Shown here one piece after another: positions 10,336 through 20,478 of a DNA stretch of 32,000 bases. The stretch comes from Candidatus Saccharimonadota bacterium. Its GTDB lineage: Bacteria; Bacteroidota; Bacteroidia; Cytophagales; Amoebophilaceae. The stretch spans positions 810,001 through 842,000 of the forward strand of contig NZ_OZ034918.1 of assembly GCF_964030745.1 (NCBI RefSeq), written 5' to 3'. The position numbers were made by a program, and so were the translations under genes. Every line of letters begins with the position of its first letter. Position 1 is the first letter of the stretch. Below the pieces are notes generated by a model. It saw nothing but the letters and a program-made list of their open reading frames with translations. It was not told the DNA's origin and ran no database searches.

Positions 10336-11952
10336 ATGTGTAGAGAATATATAAAAGGGTTTGTTTTTTTGTTGATAGGTATCACTCAGTTTATGCAATG
10401 CGTTATGTTGCGTAGAGGGTTACCTATAAATCGTCTCTCAACAGATCAAGATGGTAGCAGTATTGAAGTAGTTAATCACCTACAACAGGAATATCTAAAA
10501 TTATGCTGTGTTGAATTTGCTCGTTTATTTCAAAAAGGAAGGGAAGGCTTAGAAAAAGCCATGATAAAATATCTGAAAACATCTATGCATGGTTTGAATA
10601 GCTTGAGTAATAGATATAATGCTGATTATTTGATTATATCTGATGGGTATATAAAGGTTCTTGATCATAATTTTAGACCTTTAGATACGCTTTATCCTAG
10701 AATAGATGTAGGCCATATAGATGAAGAGTCATTAAAGGGAATGAGGGATAATTTATATGATCCTAATGGTTTTAAAGAGTTGATGCATCATTTCCTACAA
10801 GCAAACTATAAAGTTATCATTTATACTTCTATAGAATACCCTGATTTTATTCCTATTGTGTTATCACATGGAATTGGGTTGACTAAGGAGCAGATAGATG
10901 CCATTTGTATTGTATTTAATAATTATAACCCAATAAATAAACTGAACAACTTTATGTGTTCAGAGCATATATGGCATGCTGAGCAATTAATCCGTATCAA
11001 CCCTATCAACCATAATAAACCGGTGTATGGTGTAGTAGTATCAAGCTATAGTCCCGATCCCAAATTGCTTCAAAGAGCTGATTGTGATTATGCATTTATA
11101 CGTATAAGTCCTATTATACATCAATCTAGCAATTCAGTTTTAACTTCTTCTAACAGGTTTTCTAGGTATTTTCCTAAGAAACTACAAATGTTTTTCAAAT
11201 CTGAAAGTAGATGTAGTGCTTCACCTCCTGTTGTATCGCTTTGGGATAAAGTAAAGCAATTTGAGGAAAGAAGATGTGGGCTAATTCAAAAAGCGGAGGA
11301 TGATTTCAATCAGCCCTCAAGTGTTAAAACATTTAGATCCTCATCGCGAAAAAAGTCTGACTTAGATTCAAAATTTACCCAAAGCACTAGTTCCAAACAG
11401 TCATGCGCATCATTAAATAGTGTTAAAACATGGAAACTCTCACTTCAAAGAGATGATAAAGACACTAATTCGGAAAAAAAGTCTGACTTAAAACTGGTAT
11501 CATCACCTATTAGAAGGTGGAAGTCTTTAATAGATTCAAAATTTACCCAAAGCACTAGTTCCAAACAATCATGCGCATCATTAAATAGTGTTAAAACATG
11601 GAAACCCTCACTTCAAAGAGATCATAAAGACACTAATTCTGGAAAAAAGCCTGACTTAAAACTGGTATCATCACCTATTAGAAGGTGGAAGTCTTTAATA
11701 GGTTCAAAACCTACTCAAAGCACTAGTTCCAAACAGTCATGCGCATCATTAAATGTTGAAAAATTGGAAACTCGAAAAGATAGCAAGGATAATAATCATG
11801 AGTTGCTTTTAAACTCAAAGGTTCAAAAGTGGAAGCGAACAGCTCAGCAAATTAGAAAGAAGGGCATACCTAGAAAGTTGCGTAAAAAATGTAATAATGA
11901 ATTGTGGCAGTTAGTCAATGGTCCAGGGTTTTGTATTTTTTTTTCTTGGTAA
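10336..11952 (+). CDS. hypothetical protein with C-terminal 56-aa Ser/Lys-rich tandem repeats and a basic tail
   Basis: 538-aa ORF after about 800 bp of non-coding DNA. The N-terminal roughly 330 aa has no recognisable family. The C-terminal part carries about 2.7 copies of SKFTQSTSSKQSCASLNSVKTWK.SLQRD.KDTNS.KK.DLKLVSSPIRRWKSLI. The tail reads KWKRTAQQIRKKGIPRKLRKK. Confidence 0.6.
   Translation: MCREYIKGFVFLLIGITQFMQCVMLRRGLPINRLSTDQDGSSIEVVNHLQQEYLKLCCVEFARLFQKGREGLEKAMIKYLKTSMHGLNSLSNRYNADYLIISDGYIKVLDHNFRPLDTLYPRIDVGHIDEESLKGMRDNLYDPNGFKELMHHFLQANYKVIIYTSIEYPDFIPIVLSHGIGLTKEQIDAICIVFNNYNPINKLNNFMCSEHIWHAEQLIRINPINHNKPVYGVVVSSYSPDPKLLQRADCDYAFIRISPIIHQSSNSVLTSSNRFSRYFPKKLQMFFKSESRCSASPPVVSLWDKVKQFEERRCGLIQKAEDDFNQPSSVKTFRSSSRKKSDLDSKFTQSTSSKQSCASLNSVKTWKLSLQRDDKDTNSEKKSDLKLVSSPIRRWKSLIDSKFTQSTSSKQSCASLNSVKTWKPSLQRDHKDTNSGKKPDLKLVSSPIRRWKSLIGSKPTQSTSSKQSCASLNVEKLETRKDSKDNNHELLLNSKVQKWKRTAQQIRKKGIPRKLRKKCNNELWQLVNGPGFCIFFSW
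11349..11800 (+). repeat. in-frame tandem repeat, period 168 bp, about 2.7 copies
   Basis: GATTCAAAATTTACCCAAAGCACTAG... starts at 11365 and 11533, with a degenerate copy at 11701 (offsets of exactly 168 bp). I count only about six substitutions between copies 1 and 2. Confidence 0.9.
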
Positions 11953-12008
11953 GGAAGTGGATAAAAATCAAGCCCCCAACTTATATAGCTATATACAAGA
12001 TAATCATA

Positions 12009-12425
12009 TTAATATCGCGTACAAATCAACGTTCTACTGGAAGCTGTTTCTATTTCTATAGTAATTAAAAAATAATGCAGAGGCAAAATGGCTTTAATTT
12101 TTGAGGGCCACTCTATAAAGCAATAGCAGCCAGATGCAAAATAACTTTCAAAATCTAACGCAATTGCATCATCTATATGATCCAGCCGGTAGCAATCAAC
12201 ATGGTAAATAGTCGTATGATTTATCGTTGCATATTCATTGATAATTGAAAAGGTGGGACTATTCACAGTATGAACTGTTTGCAGAGCCCTACAAAGTTCC
12301 TTGACTAACGTGGTTTTACCTGATCCCATAGGACCCTCTAATAGCCATATGGTATGGTCACCTGCATAGCTTAACAATTCATACGCTATATCCTTGAGGC
12401 CCTTCAAAGAACTTTTTAAGACCAT
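12009..12425 (-). CDS. tsaE: tRNA threonylcarbamoyladenosine biosynthesis ATPase TsaE (YjeE)
   Basis: 138 aa with Walker A LEGPMGSGKTTLVK, followed by SPTFSIINEY and HVDCYRL, the diagnostic TsaE motifs. Confidence 0.9.
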   Translation of the reverse strand: MVLKSSLKGLKDIAYELLSYAGDHTIWLLEGPMGSGKTTLVKELCRALQTVHTVNSPTFSIINEYATINHTTIYHVDCYRLDHIDDAIALDFESYFASGCYCFIEWPSKIKAILPLHYFLITIEIETASSRTLICTRY

Positions 12426-12431
12426 CTGTAT

Positions 12432-14594
12432 TTAACGCTTCTTTTTGTTTTTCTCTTGAAGGTAATTGAGTAAAGGCCACTTTTGTGGGCTTTGAACAAT
12501 ATCTTCTGCTTGTTTCAACAATGCTGGATCATACCCCTCTTGTGCAAGTATCTTTAAAGCAATAGCTTGATCTGCTTCGCCTGGGACCACTTTGTAGGTA
12601 TAGTGTAGTTTTTCATTAGCTGCCTCATCTATAAAAACTTTAAAATTTCTAATTCCTCTGTCTTTAAACTTATTGGTTAGGCTCATTAAAATAGGATAAT
12701 GTGTGGAAACAATATGTAGCGCATTGTTGTATTGGGCTATAGAAGCCAGTATGCTGTATGCTGCAGCACTAGCTTCAACTGGGTTGGTGCGGGCAAAAGG
12801 TTCATCCGCAATGGTAAAAATAAACTCATCTGGTTTAGACTGCTCAAGCATATGGATGTAACGCTGCATACGTGCTACCTCTACCATGAACAGAGAAGCA
12901 CCACATGCAATATCGTCTCTGAGCTCAATATAGGTATTGATCTTATTAAAAGGGGTAATAACCGCGCTTTTAGCGGCTGCAATGCCAAATGTTTGACTGA
13001 GCAATATACTACTGGCCACACCAGAAATGAAAGAGGATTTTCCACCTGCATTGGGCCCACAAAGAATCATATTACGGGTCTTTGTGGCATCTAGGTCTAC
13101 CTCGTTGTCTACAACCGTTGCAGGATTAAGCATGGGATTCCACATAGCCTCTAGCTGTATGCATGGTGTTTTTTGTTTAGAGCGATCTAAGAACTTAGTG
13201 AAGGTGTAACAGTGTGCTGGAAAAGCTTCTTTGGCTTCTCTTACCAAAGTAGCTATACCCATAAAGCTGTCTAATTGACCCAATGCATACATAGCAGGCT
13301 TTAAACAATCTTTGTGTTCTATAAATAAGTTGTATGTAGCCAATAGCTTTCCACTATTGCTACGAATATAAGACCAATTATCTAACTTCATATCCAAAAG
13401 GTTACTGACCATAACGCCTATTTCAGTTGGTTCCTTGCGTTTGGCCAATAGTTCCCTTATCGCGCTTAAGGAGGGGCCGTAATGGGTTTCTAACTCCTGG
13501 TGAGCTGCTACAATATTGCTTAGTTGTTGAATGGTCTTCATAAAAATTTGAACATCCCGCATACGGCTGGCCAGGTTGCAAAAAACAGCACTATATTCTT
13601 GATAACTTTTTATTCCGCAATAACCTCGCCATATAGCTGCTGCATGCGTGGCTGCTACACCTAAAAAAGGTAAAAGCAAGGGCTTGCCATCAGTATGATT
13701 ATAAGCATTGACCACAGAGGCAATCGACATAATCGGGACAAAGAAGGGGAAGGGAGCATAGGTATCGCGTCTGTTGCCTTCCATCCAACCACCTTTTGAA
13801 ATGCAAGTCATCCAGTGGCTGGCTTCGCACCAGAATAGACCTACTAAGGGAAGGGCAACAAATTCTCCATATATGTCTAGAAGGTTCCTAAAAAAAATCC
13901 GCATATTAAGCTTATTGGCTATTTTATTTGTAGTAGGATTAGTTGAAAGGAACCGTTTGGCCATGTAATCTCTATATGCATGGGTATAGAGGGGATCTGT
14001 ATAGGTCCATAAAGAAAGTAAACTTTGCTCTACGTTTCGATAGGCTTCCAAAGATTGCTTTAAAGCTGCTAAACAGGCTGGGTCTTCCAATAATACCTGC
14101 AATGTACGCTGGCGGTTGGATAGTGTGGTAATATCACTAGTTGGGGTTACTAAAAGTGTAGCCAATGCACATTCGCCTAGTACTGTAGTAGTTCTGTTAA
14201 TGCGAGAGAGGAAGTGATGCGCTGGATTGGTAGATCCACCACAAAAAAGCATTAAATCTGTCCAAACATTATCGTTCAATATGCCCTTGCTTTCTGCTGC
14301 AACGTTGGCATCAACGTCAGAAAATATGGTGCGCAACACAACTTTACGTTGTGTACTTTGTGCTAGCTTAATCTTATCCGTTTGTAGAATAGCCTTTTGC
14401 TTTACCTTAGAAGATGGTAGCGTAGAAGCGAGCGAAACAATGGGAAAAGACCTAAGGTAGTTGCGTGAAATTTTTGCAGTAACCGATTCATAATTTACTT
14501 TTGAATAGGCAAATTCCCAGTTGCTGCTAATAAAACTTAACGATAGGACAAAAAAAAATGTAATTATCGTTGTACGGTTGTTATTACGTCTCAT
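12432..14594 (-). CDS. MutS-family ATPase paralog with an N-terminal signal/TM segment and internal hydrophobic helices
   Basis: MutS core-like LSRINRTTTVLGECALATLLVTPTSDITTLSNRQRTLQVL, MutS domain V Walker A LCGPNAGGKSSFI, Walker B FTIADEP and STHY. Hydrophobic stretches at the N-terminus and around aa 250-320. No mismatch-binding domain I pattern seen. Confidence 0.8.
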   Translation of the reverse strand: MRRNNNRTTIITFFFVLSLSFISSNWEFAYSKVNYESVTAKISRNYLRSFPIVSLASTLPSSKVKQKAILQTDKIKLAQSTQRKVVLRTIFSDVDANVAAESKGILNDNVWTDLMLFCGGSTNPAHHFLSRINRTTTVLGECALATLLVTPTSDITTLSNRQRTLQVLLEDPACLAALKQSLEAYRNVEQSLLSLWTYTDPLYTHAYRDYMAKRFLSTNPTTNKIANKLNMRIFFRNLLDIYGEFVALPLVGLFWCEASHWMTCISKGGWMEGNRRDTYAPFPFFVPIMSIASVVNAYNHTDGKPLLLPFLGVAATHAAAIWRGYCGIKSYQEYSAVFCNLASRMRDVQIFMKTIQQLSNIVAAHQELETHYGPSLSAIRELLAKRKEPTEIGVMVSNLLDMKLDNWSYIRSNSGKLLATYNLFIEHKDCLKPAMYALGQLDSFMGIATLVREAKEAFPAHCYTFTKFLDRSKQKTPCIQLEAMWNPMLNPATVVDNEVDLDATKTRNMILCGPNAGGKSSFISGVASSILLSQTFGIAAAKSAVITPFNKINTYIELRDDIACGASLFMVEVARMQRYIHMLEQSKPDEFIFTIADEPFARTNPVEASAAAYSILASIAQYNNALHIVSTHYPILMSLTNKFKDRGIRNFKVFIDEAANEKLHYTYKVVPGEADQAIALKILAQEGYDPALLKQAEDIVQSPQKWPLLNYLQEKNKKKR

Positions 14595-14716
14595 AGTGGA
14601 AAAAATAAAATTTATTTTTGCATGTCCTGAGCATCAATCAGTCACCTTGCCTTACTACACAGCTCAATATAAGATATTATTCATTAAAAAGACAAAGTTA
14701 CTGTTTTATTGGCAGG

Positions 14717-17038
14717 CTATGGTGTTTTTTTACTTTTTTTTGATTTTAAATTATTTTCTACAATGCCTATACATTCTTCTAAACTGAGCAAGGTAGGGTC
14801 TGAAACATCTTTGGGAATCCGAGCATGTTTTTTACCATGTTTGATATATGGCCCCCATCTTCCATGTAAAATCTGTATGGTTGGATCTACAGGAAAAGCT
14901 TTGATCAACTTTTCAGCATCTGCTTTCCGTTTGGCTTCAATAATCGCTATTGCACTCGGTTCATTAATTGTAAATGGATCATCTGTTTTAGGTATCGAAT
15001 AAAATAGGTTTCCATGTTTAATATATGGGCCAAACCTGCCTATGTTAATGGCAAGTGGTAGTGCTTCAAATGTTCCCACTACACGTGGTAGTTTAAAAAG
15101 TTCCAAGGCCTCTTCTAATGTAATGGTTTCCATACGTTGATTGCCCCGTAGCCCTGCAAAACGAGGCGCTTCCTCACGGCCATCTGCTTCAATGCCCAAC
15201 TGAACCAATGGGCCATATTTACCCAATCGAGCCACTAAAGAAGCATTGGTTACGGGGTCTTTCCCTAAAAATCTGGTATAGTTGACCATGGATCGATCTA
15301 TGCCAGCAGTAGATTGCACTTTAGGATAAAAACCACTGTAAAATTCACTTAACATCTGATTCCAGATCTTGGTTCCTTGTGCAATTTTGTCCAGCTCTTT
15401 TTCTACCTGTGCGGTAAAATTATAGTCGGTTACATCAGAAAAGTGTTTGACTAAAAAGTCATTGACTACCGCTGCCATATCGGTTGGGAAAAGTTTTTGT
15501 TTCTCTGCACGAACGATTTCAGTTAATTTTTCTGTATGAACCAGGTTGTTTTGTAATGTTAATAACCGATAGCCACGCGGAACCCCTTCACGAGATTCCA
15601 ACTTCACATATCCCCTTTTCTGAATAGTAGCAATGATGGGTGCATAGGTAGATGGACGCCCGATTTCTTTGTCTTCTAAGTCTCTTACCAAAGTGGCCTC
15701 AGTATACCGAGCAGGTGGATTGGTGAACCGTTCTCTGGCCAACATTTTGTCCAAAGTGAGTGGTTGGCCTATGTGGAGGGGAGGCAACATCGCTTTGGCC
15801 TCATCGGATGCTTCTTCATCTACTTGATCACGTACATATGCCTTTAGAAAGCCTTCAAACTTTAATACCTCTCCTGTTGCAATTAGTAGTTGGTCTGTTG
15901 TAGAAATTTGAATGGTTGCTATGGTTTTTTCTATCTGTGCATCAGCCATTTGAGAAGCCATAGCTCGACGCCAAATGAGTTCATATAACCGTTGCTCATC
16001 TTTATGGCTACTAGCTACCTTTAATGAAAAATCAGTAGGCCGTATCGCTTCATGGGCTTCTTGTGCAGTAGATGATTTGGTGGCATATTTTCTGGCTTGG
16101 AAATAGGCGGCTCCATACGTTGTTGAGACCATTTCTGAGATGTTTTGAATGGCTTCTTGAGAAAGATTGACAGAGTCTGTTCGCATGTAAGAAATTTTAC
16201 CTGTTTCATAAAGTTGTTGCGCCAGTACCATCGTGCGGTTCACTGAGTACCCCAGCTTTCTACTGGCCTCTTGTTGTAAGGTAGAAGTGGTAAAAGGGGG
16301 AGAGGGGGAGCGTTTTAATGCTTTGGTATCTAATGCTTGAATCGAGAAAAGGGCCTCTTTACATTTTTCTAAAAATGAAAAGGCCTCTTCTTCTGTTTTA
16401 AACTTCTCTGCACCATCTGCTTTTAACAATTGCCCTGTTGGTAAAATAAAAAAAGCAGATACAGCAAAATGAGCAGTCGACACAAAACGGTCAATAGCCC
16501 TTTCTCGTTCTACCACCATTCTGACCGCAACGGATTGCACGCGGCCTGCAGAAAGGCCTGGTTTAATCTTTTTCCATAATAATGGCGATAAGTCATAGCC
16601 TACTAGCCTATCTAAAACACGCCTGGCTTGCTGTGAATCGACTAAGGCTAAATCGATGGTACGTGGCTGTTTCAATGCGTTTAAAACAGCCATTTTGGTA
16701 ATTTCTCTAAAAACAATTCGTTGCACTTGTTCATCTTTTAACTCAAGGGCTTCTTTTAAATGCCACGAAATAGATTCTCCTTCTCGGTCGTCGTCACTAG
16801 CTAAATATACACAGTCAGAACTACTGGCCAGTTTTTTTAGGTGTTGTACCACACGTTCCTTGCCAGGAGTGATTTCATAGATAGGCAAAAATCCTTGCTC
16901 CACGTTAATAGCGTTATTGCCCTTAATAAGGTCTCTGATATGACCATTCGAGGAGGCTACTTGATAGTTACTGCCTAGGTAGCGCTCAATTGTTTTGGCT
17001 TTTGCAGGTGATTCAACAATAACTAGATTCTTTGCCAT
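14717..17038 (-). CDS. topA: DNA topoisomerase I
   Basis: 773 aa. Toprim start MAKNLVIVESPAKAKTIERYLG, DDDREGE, active-site region ISYMRTDS, and C-terminal Cys-less repeats (RFGPYIKHG / RWGPYIKHG). Confidence 0.95.
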   Translation of the reverse strand: MAKNLVIVESPAKAKTIERYLGSNYQVASSNGHIRDLIKGNNAINVEQGFLPIYEITPGKERVVQHLKKLASSSDCVYLASDDDREGESISWHLKEALELKDEQVQRIVFREITKMAVLNALKQPRTIDLALVDSQQARRVLDRLVGYDLSPLLWKKIKPGLSAGRVQSVAVRMVVERERAIDRFVSTAHFAVSAFFILPTGQLLKADGAEKFKTEEEAFSFLEKCKEALFSIQALDTKALKRSPSPPFTTSTLQQEASRKLGYSVNRTMVLAQQLYETGKISYMRTDSVNLSQEAIQNISEMVSTTYGAAYFQARKYATKSSTAQEAHEAIRPTDFSLKVASSHKDEQRLYELIWRRAMASQMADAQIEKTIATIQISTTDQLLIATGEVLKFEGFLKAYVRDQVDEEASDEAKAMLPPLHIGQPLTLDKMLARERFTNPPARYTEATLVRDLEDKEIGRPSTYAPIIATIQKRGYVKLESREGVPRGYRLLTLQNNLVHTEKLTEIVRAEKQKLFPTDMAAVVNDFLVKHFSDVTDYNFTAQVEKELDKIAQGTKIWNQMLSEFYSGFYPKVQSTAGIDRSMVNYTRFLGKDPVTNASLVARLGKYGPLVQLGIEADGREEAPRFAGLRGNQRMETITLEEALELFKLPRVVGTFEALPLAINIGRFGPYIKHGNLFYSIPKTDDPFTINEPSAIAIIEAKRKADAEKLIKAFPVDPTIQILHGRWGPYIKHGKKHARIPKDVSDPTLLSLEECIGIVENNLKSKKSKKTP

Positions 17039-17301
17039 AGAGGTATTCGTTGTAATAAATAATATAGTCTGCTACAATAGCATTATGTTAACCAAGTCAT
17101 AGAAGGGTTGGGGGAAGTGTTCACTTAACCCGCGCCTTGCTTTTTGTTTAATCTTAACTGAGCTACTCTACATTAGAGTGGTGTGCTTCCAATTTACAAA
17201 TGGTTGCTTGATTATAACATATCGCTGTTTCCAAAATAAGTTAAAAAAATGCATATAATCAGCCTACTGAAACCCTAAAAATGATTGTGGTGCGCATACT
17301 G

Positions 17302-17332
17302 TTTTTATGGTACTATATCCATTTTACCTTTG
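17302..17332 (+). promoter_or_regulatory. candidate upstream rRNA promoter (Bacteroidetes -7 motif TAccTTTG)
   Basis: TACCTTTG at 17325-17332 matches the Bacteroidetes sigma-A -7 consensus TAnnTTTG. A T-rich segment lies about 19 bp upstream. Confidence 0.3.
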
Positions 17333-17446
17333 GGTAGTTCAATGCAGCTATACCTGGTTCTACCAAAAAATATAAGGTTAATTAATTGATTATTAAGTGT
17401 TTTATAAAAAAACAAAAGTTTTTACTTCTTTATTTCTGAAAGATTT

Positions 17447-17477
17447 ATTGCAAATTAAAAAAAAGTATGTACCTTTG
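17447..17477 (+). promoter_or_regulatory. candidate proximal rRNA promoter (Bacteroidetes -33/-7 type)
   Basis: TACCTTTG at 17470-17477 (TAnnTTTG), with ATTG (3/4 of TTTG) ending at 17450, giving a 19-bp spacer. It lies about 190 bp upstream of the mature 16S 5' end. Confidence 0.4.
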
Positions 17478-17663
17478 TATCAGAGTTGATCAGAACGGGT
17501 GAGCAGCTAAATTAAGAGGCGGCAAATTTGGTTCTGGGTTAGCTTTTAAGTTCTTTGAAATAGATGTAGGTAAGAGGCTCATTTAGATATGAGTGAGAGG
17601 GAAGTGTGTGACTCAAGAAAATCATTCCTGGTTTCATAATTAGGGATAACGTTAATAAATATA

Positions 17664-19186
<1,523 letters not shown>

Positions 19187-19430
19187 TATAGAGCGAGTAC
19201 GCTCCCTCTCTTCTTACCTCATTTATTTTAAATATTATTTCCCTTCTGTGTTTGGTTCAAGCTTTTTGGTTTTTTTCTTTAAGATTCAAGGTTTTTTTAC
19301 TGGTTTATTTGCTATCCTTATTTTCTAAAATAAGGATGGTGGTTATGAGCGCCATCCTAATCTTTTATGAAAACGAGAGGGGACCTTTTACTAAACTTCT
19401 TGATTTTTATTGTAACGGTCTTTAAATGTA

Positions 19431-19766
19431 ATGACGAAGCGTTTTTTAGTCGGGTTCCTAATCTTGTTTACTGGATGTGGTGCTAGAGCTAGGCAAAATA
19501 TACTAGCTGCTCCTACATGCCAGGTTATTTGTTCTGCTGTTGTTGTGACTACTAGTGCTGTTTTTGGTGGTACTGCCCTTGGCCCTATGACTTTTTTTGG
19601 TCCTGGTTATGGCTATTTTGTTGGTGCTTGTATAGGGGCTATTTCTGTTGTTATGGCTGCTGCTGCTGATGATAATGATCATGATGCCGTTGCTGTTGAT
19701 GTTCCTCCTCCTGTTGCTGCTGCTCAGGAGCAGCTAGCCGGTGATTGGACTAGTAGAGGGTTGTAA
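19431..19766 (+). CDS. small hypothetical membrane/lipoprotein-like protein with a Gly-zipper-like hydrophobic core
   Basis: 111-aa ORF. N-terminus MTKRFLVGFLILFTGCG is lipobox-like. Two Gly/Ala/Val-rich hydrophobic segments (GPGYGYFVGACIGAISV) are followed by an acidic/Pro tail. The extreme NNT codon bias makes coding status less certain. Confidence 0.45.
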   Translation: MTKRFLVGFLILFTGCGARARQNILAAPTCQVICSAVVVTTSAVFGGTALGPMTFFGPGYGYFVGACIGAISVVMAAAADDNDHDAVAVDVPPPVAAAQEQLAGDWTSRGL

Positions 19767-19944
19767 ACCGAAAACCTTTTTTCTAATTGGAACGGCTTCA
19801 GCTTGCTACAATAACTTCCTTAATTTACCCTCTTTACAAGAGAGGTTGACATCGATTGGTGGAGTGGACATTTTATTGTTATAAAAATTATTAGCATATT
19901 AACTAATAAAGGCTATTAAGATTATAAACAATAATATACCCATA

Positions 19945-20475
19945 ATGTGTCGTGACTTTTATTTACAGGAAAATACCACAGTAGGTATCAATTTAATTGG
20001 CTTAGCCAACGGACAAGCTATCGTCATACCTATTCAATTGTGTGGAAAAACCAATCAAAGCAATGCCAATGATTCGGGTGTTGGTGCAATTGGGAAGGCC
20101 TTAGTAAAAGAATTGCCCTACATCAAAGCCATTGTATCTAGGCTCTTTCCAGAAATATTATTTTTGCTTAAAAATGTACACTTTCAATTGAGTGCAGACT
20201 TAGATAATCAATATGATTGTGAAATCATAGATACAGTTTCTGCTCAACTTCCACTTGCACTGTTGATTTGTATGTTGTTACGTAAGGCTTTGGGCTTGCC
20301 GGTGATAGAAAATTGTGCAGCTACAGGTACACTTGACCCATTGGGGTTTATTACACATGTTCAAAATCTTTTCCTCAAAAAATTAGCTGCAAAAAATAGC
20401 TTGTTGATTGAACCTTCTAGCTTCTATCATATTTTTCATGCGTTAAAGGCGATTCATTGTTTAGTAATACGTTAG
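19945..20475 (+). CDS. stand-alone Lon (S16)-like protease domain protein
   Basis: 176 aa. By eye it aligns to the E. coli Lon proteolytic domain: IIDTVSAQLPLALLICMLLRKALGLPVIENCAATGTLDPLGFITHVQNLFLKKLAA versus [52 protein letters not shown]. Candidate Ser99/Lys146 dyad retained. First gene of a tightly packed operon. Confidence 0.55.
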   Translation: MCRDFYLQENTTVGINLIGLANGQAIVIPIQLCGKTNQSNANDSGVGAIGKALVKELPYIKAIVSRLFPEILFLLKNVHFQLSADLDNQYDCEIIDTVSAQLPLALLICMLLRKALGLPVIENCAATGTLDPLGFITHVQNLFLKKLAAKNSLLIEPSSFYHIFHALKAIHCLVIR

Positions 20476-20478
20476 CTT

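Noticed and set aside
4054-16880. Numerous 60-120 aa ORFs from the track lying antisense to, or out of frame within, long well-supported genes (for example 4054-4251, 4696-4896, 5954-6184, 6144-6440, 7188-7400, 8190-8468, 9120-9314, 12732-13094, 13027-13209, 13774-13968, 13943-14131, 14227-14460, 14521-14787, 14709-15002, 16021-16209, 16656-16880)
   Set aside because: Each is fully or largely overlapped by a longer ORF carrying clear family motifs. Their translations are low-complexity or motif-less, so they are shadow ORFs.
17125-17185. tRNA-like fragment on the minus strand (TAGCTCAGTT D-loop-like 10-mer followed by GGCGCGGGTTAAG T-arm-like sequence)
   Set aside because: No D-stem partner (GAGC), no anticodon stem and no 3' half of the T-stem or acceptor stem could be drawn. 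The D-to-T spacing is about 8 nt too short. At best this is a decayed tRNA remnant, not a functional gene.
19314-19337. Hairpin ATCCTTATTTT-CT-AAAATAAGGAT downstream of the 16S, considered as a rho-independent terminator
   Set aside because: The stem is almost entirely A/T and is not followed by a T-run. It may still be structural, but the evidence for a terminator is insufficient.
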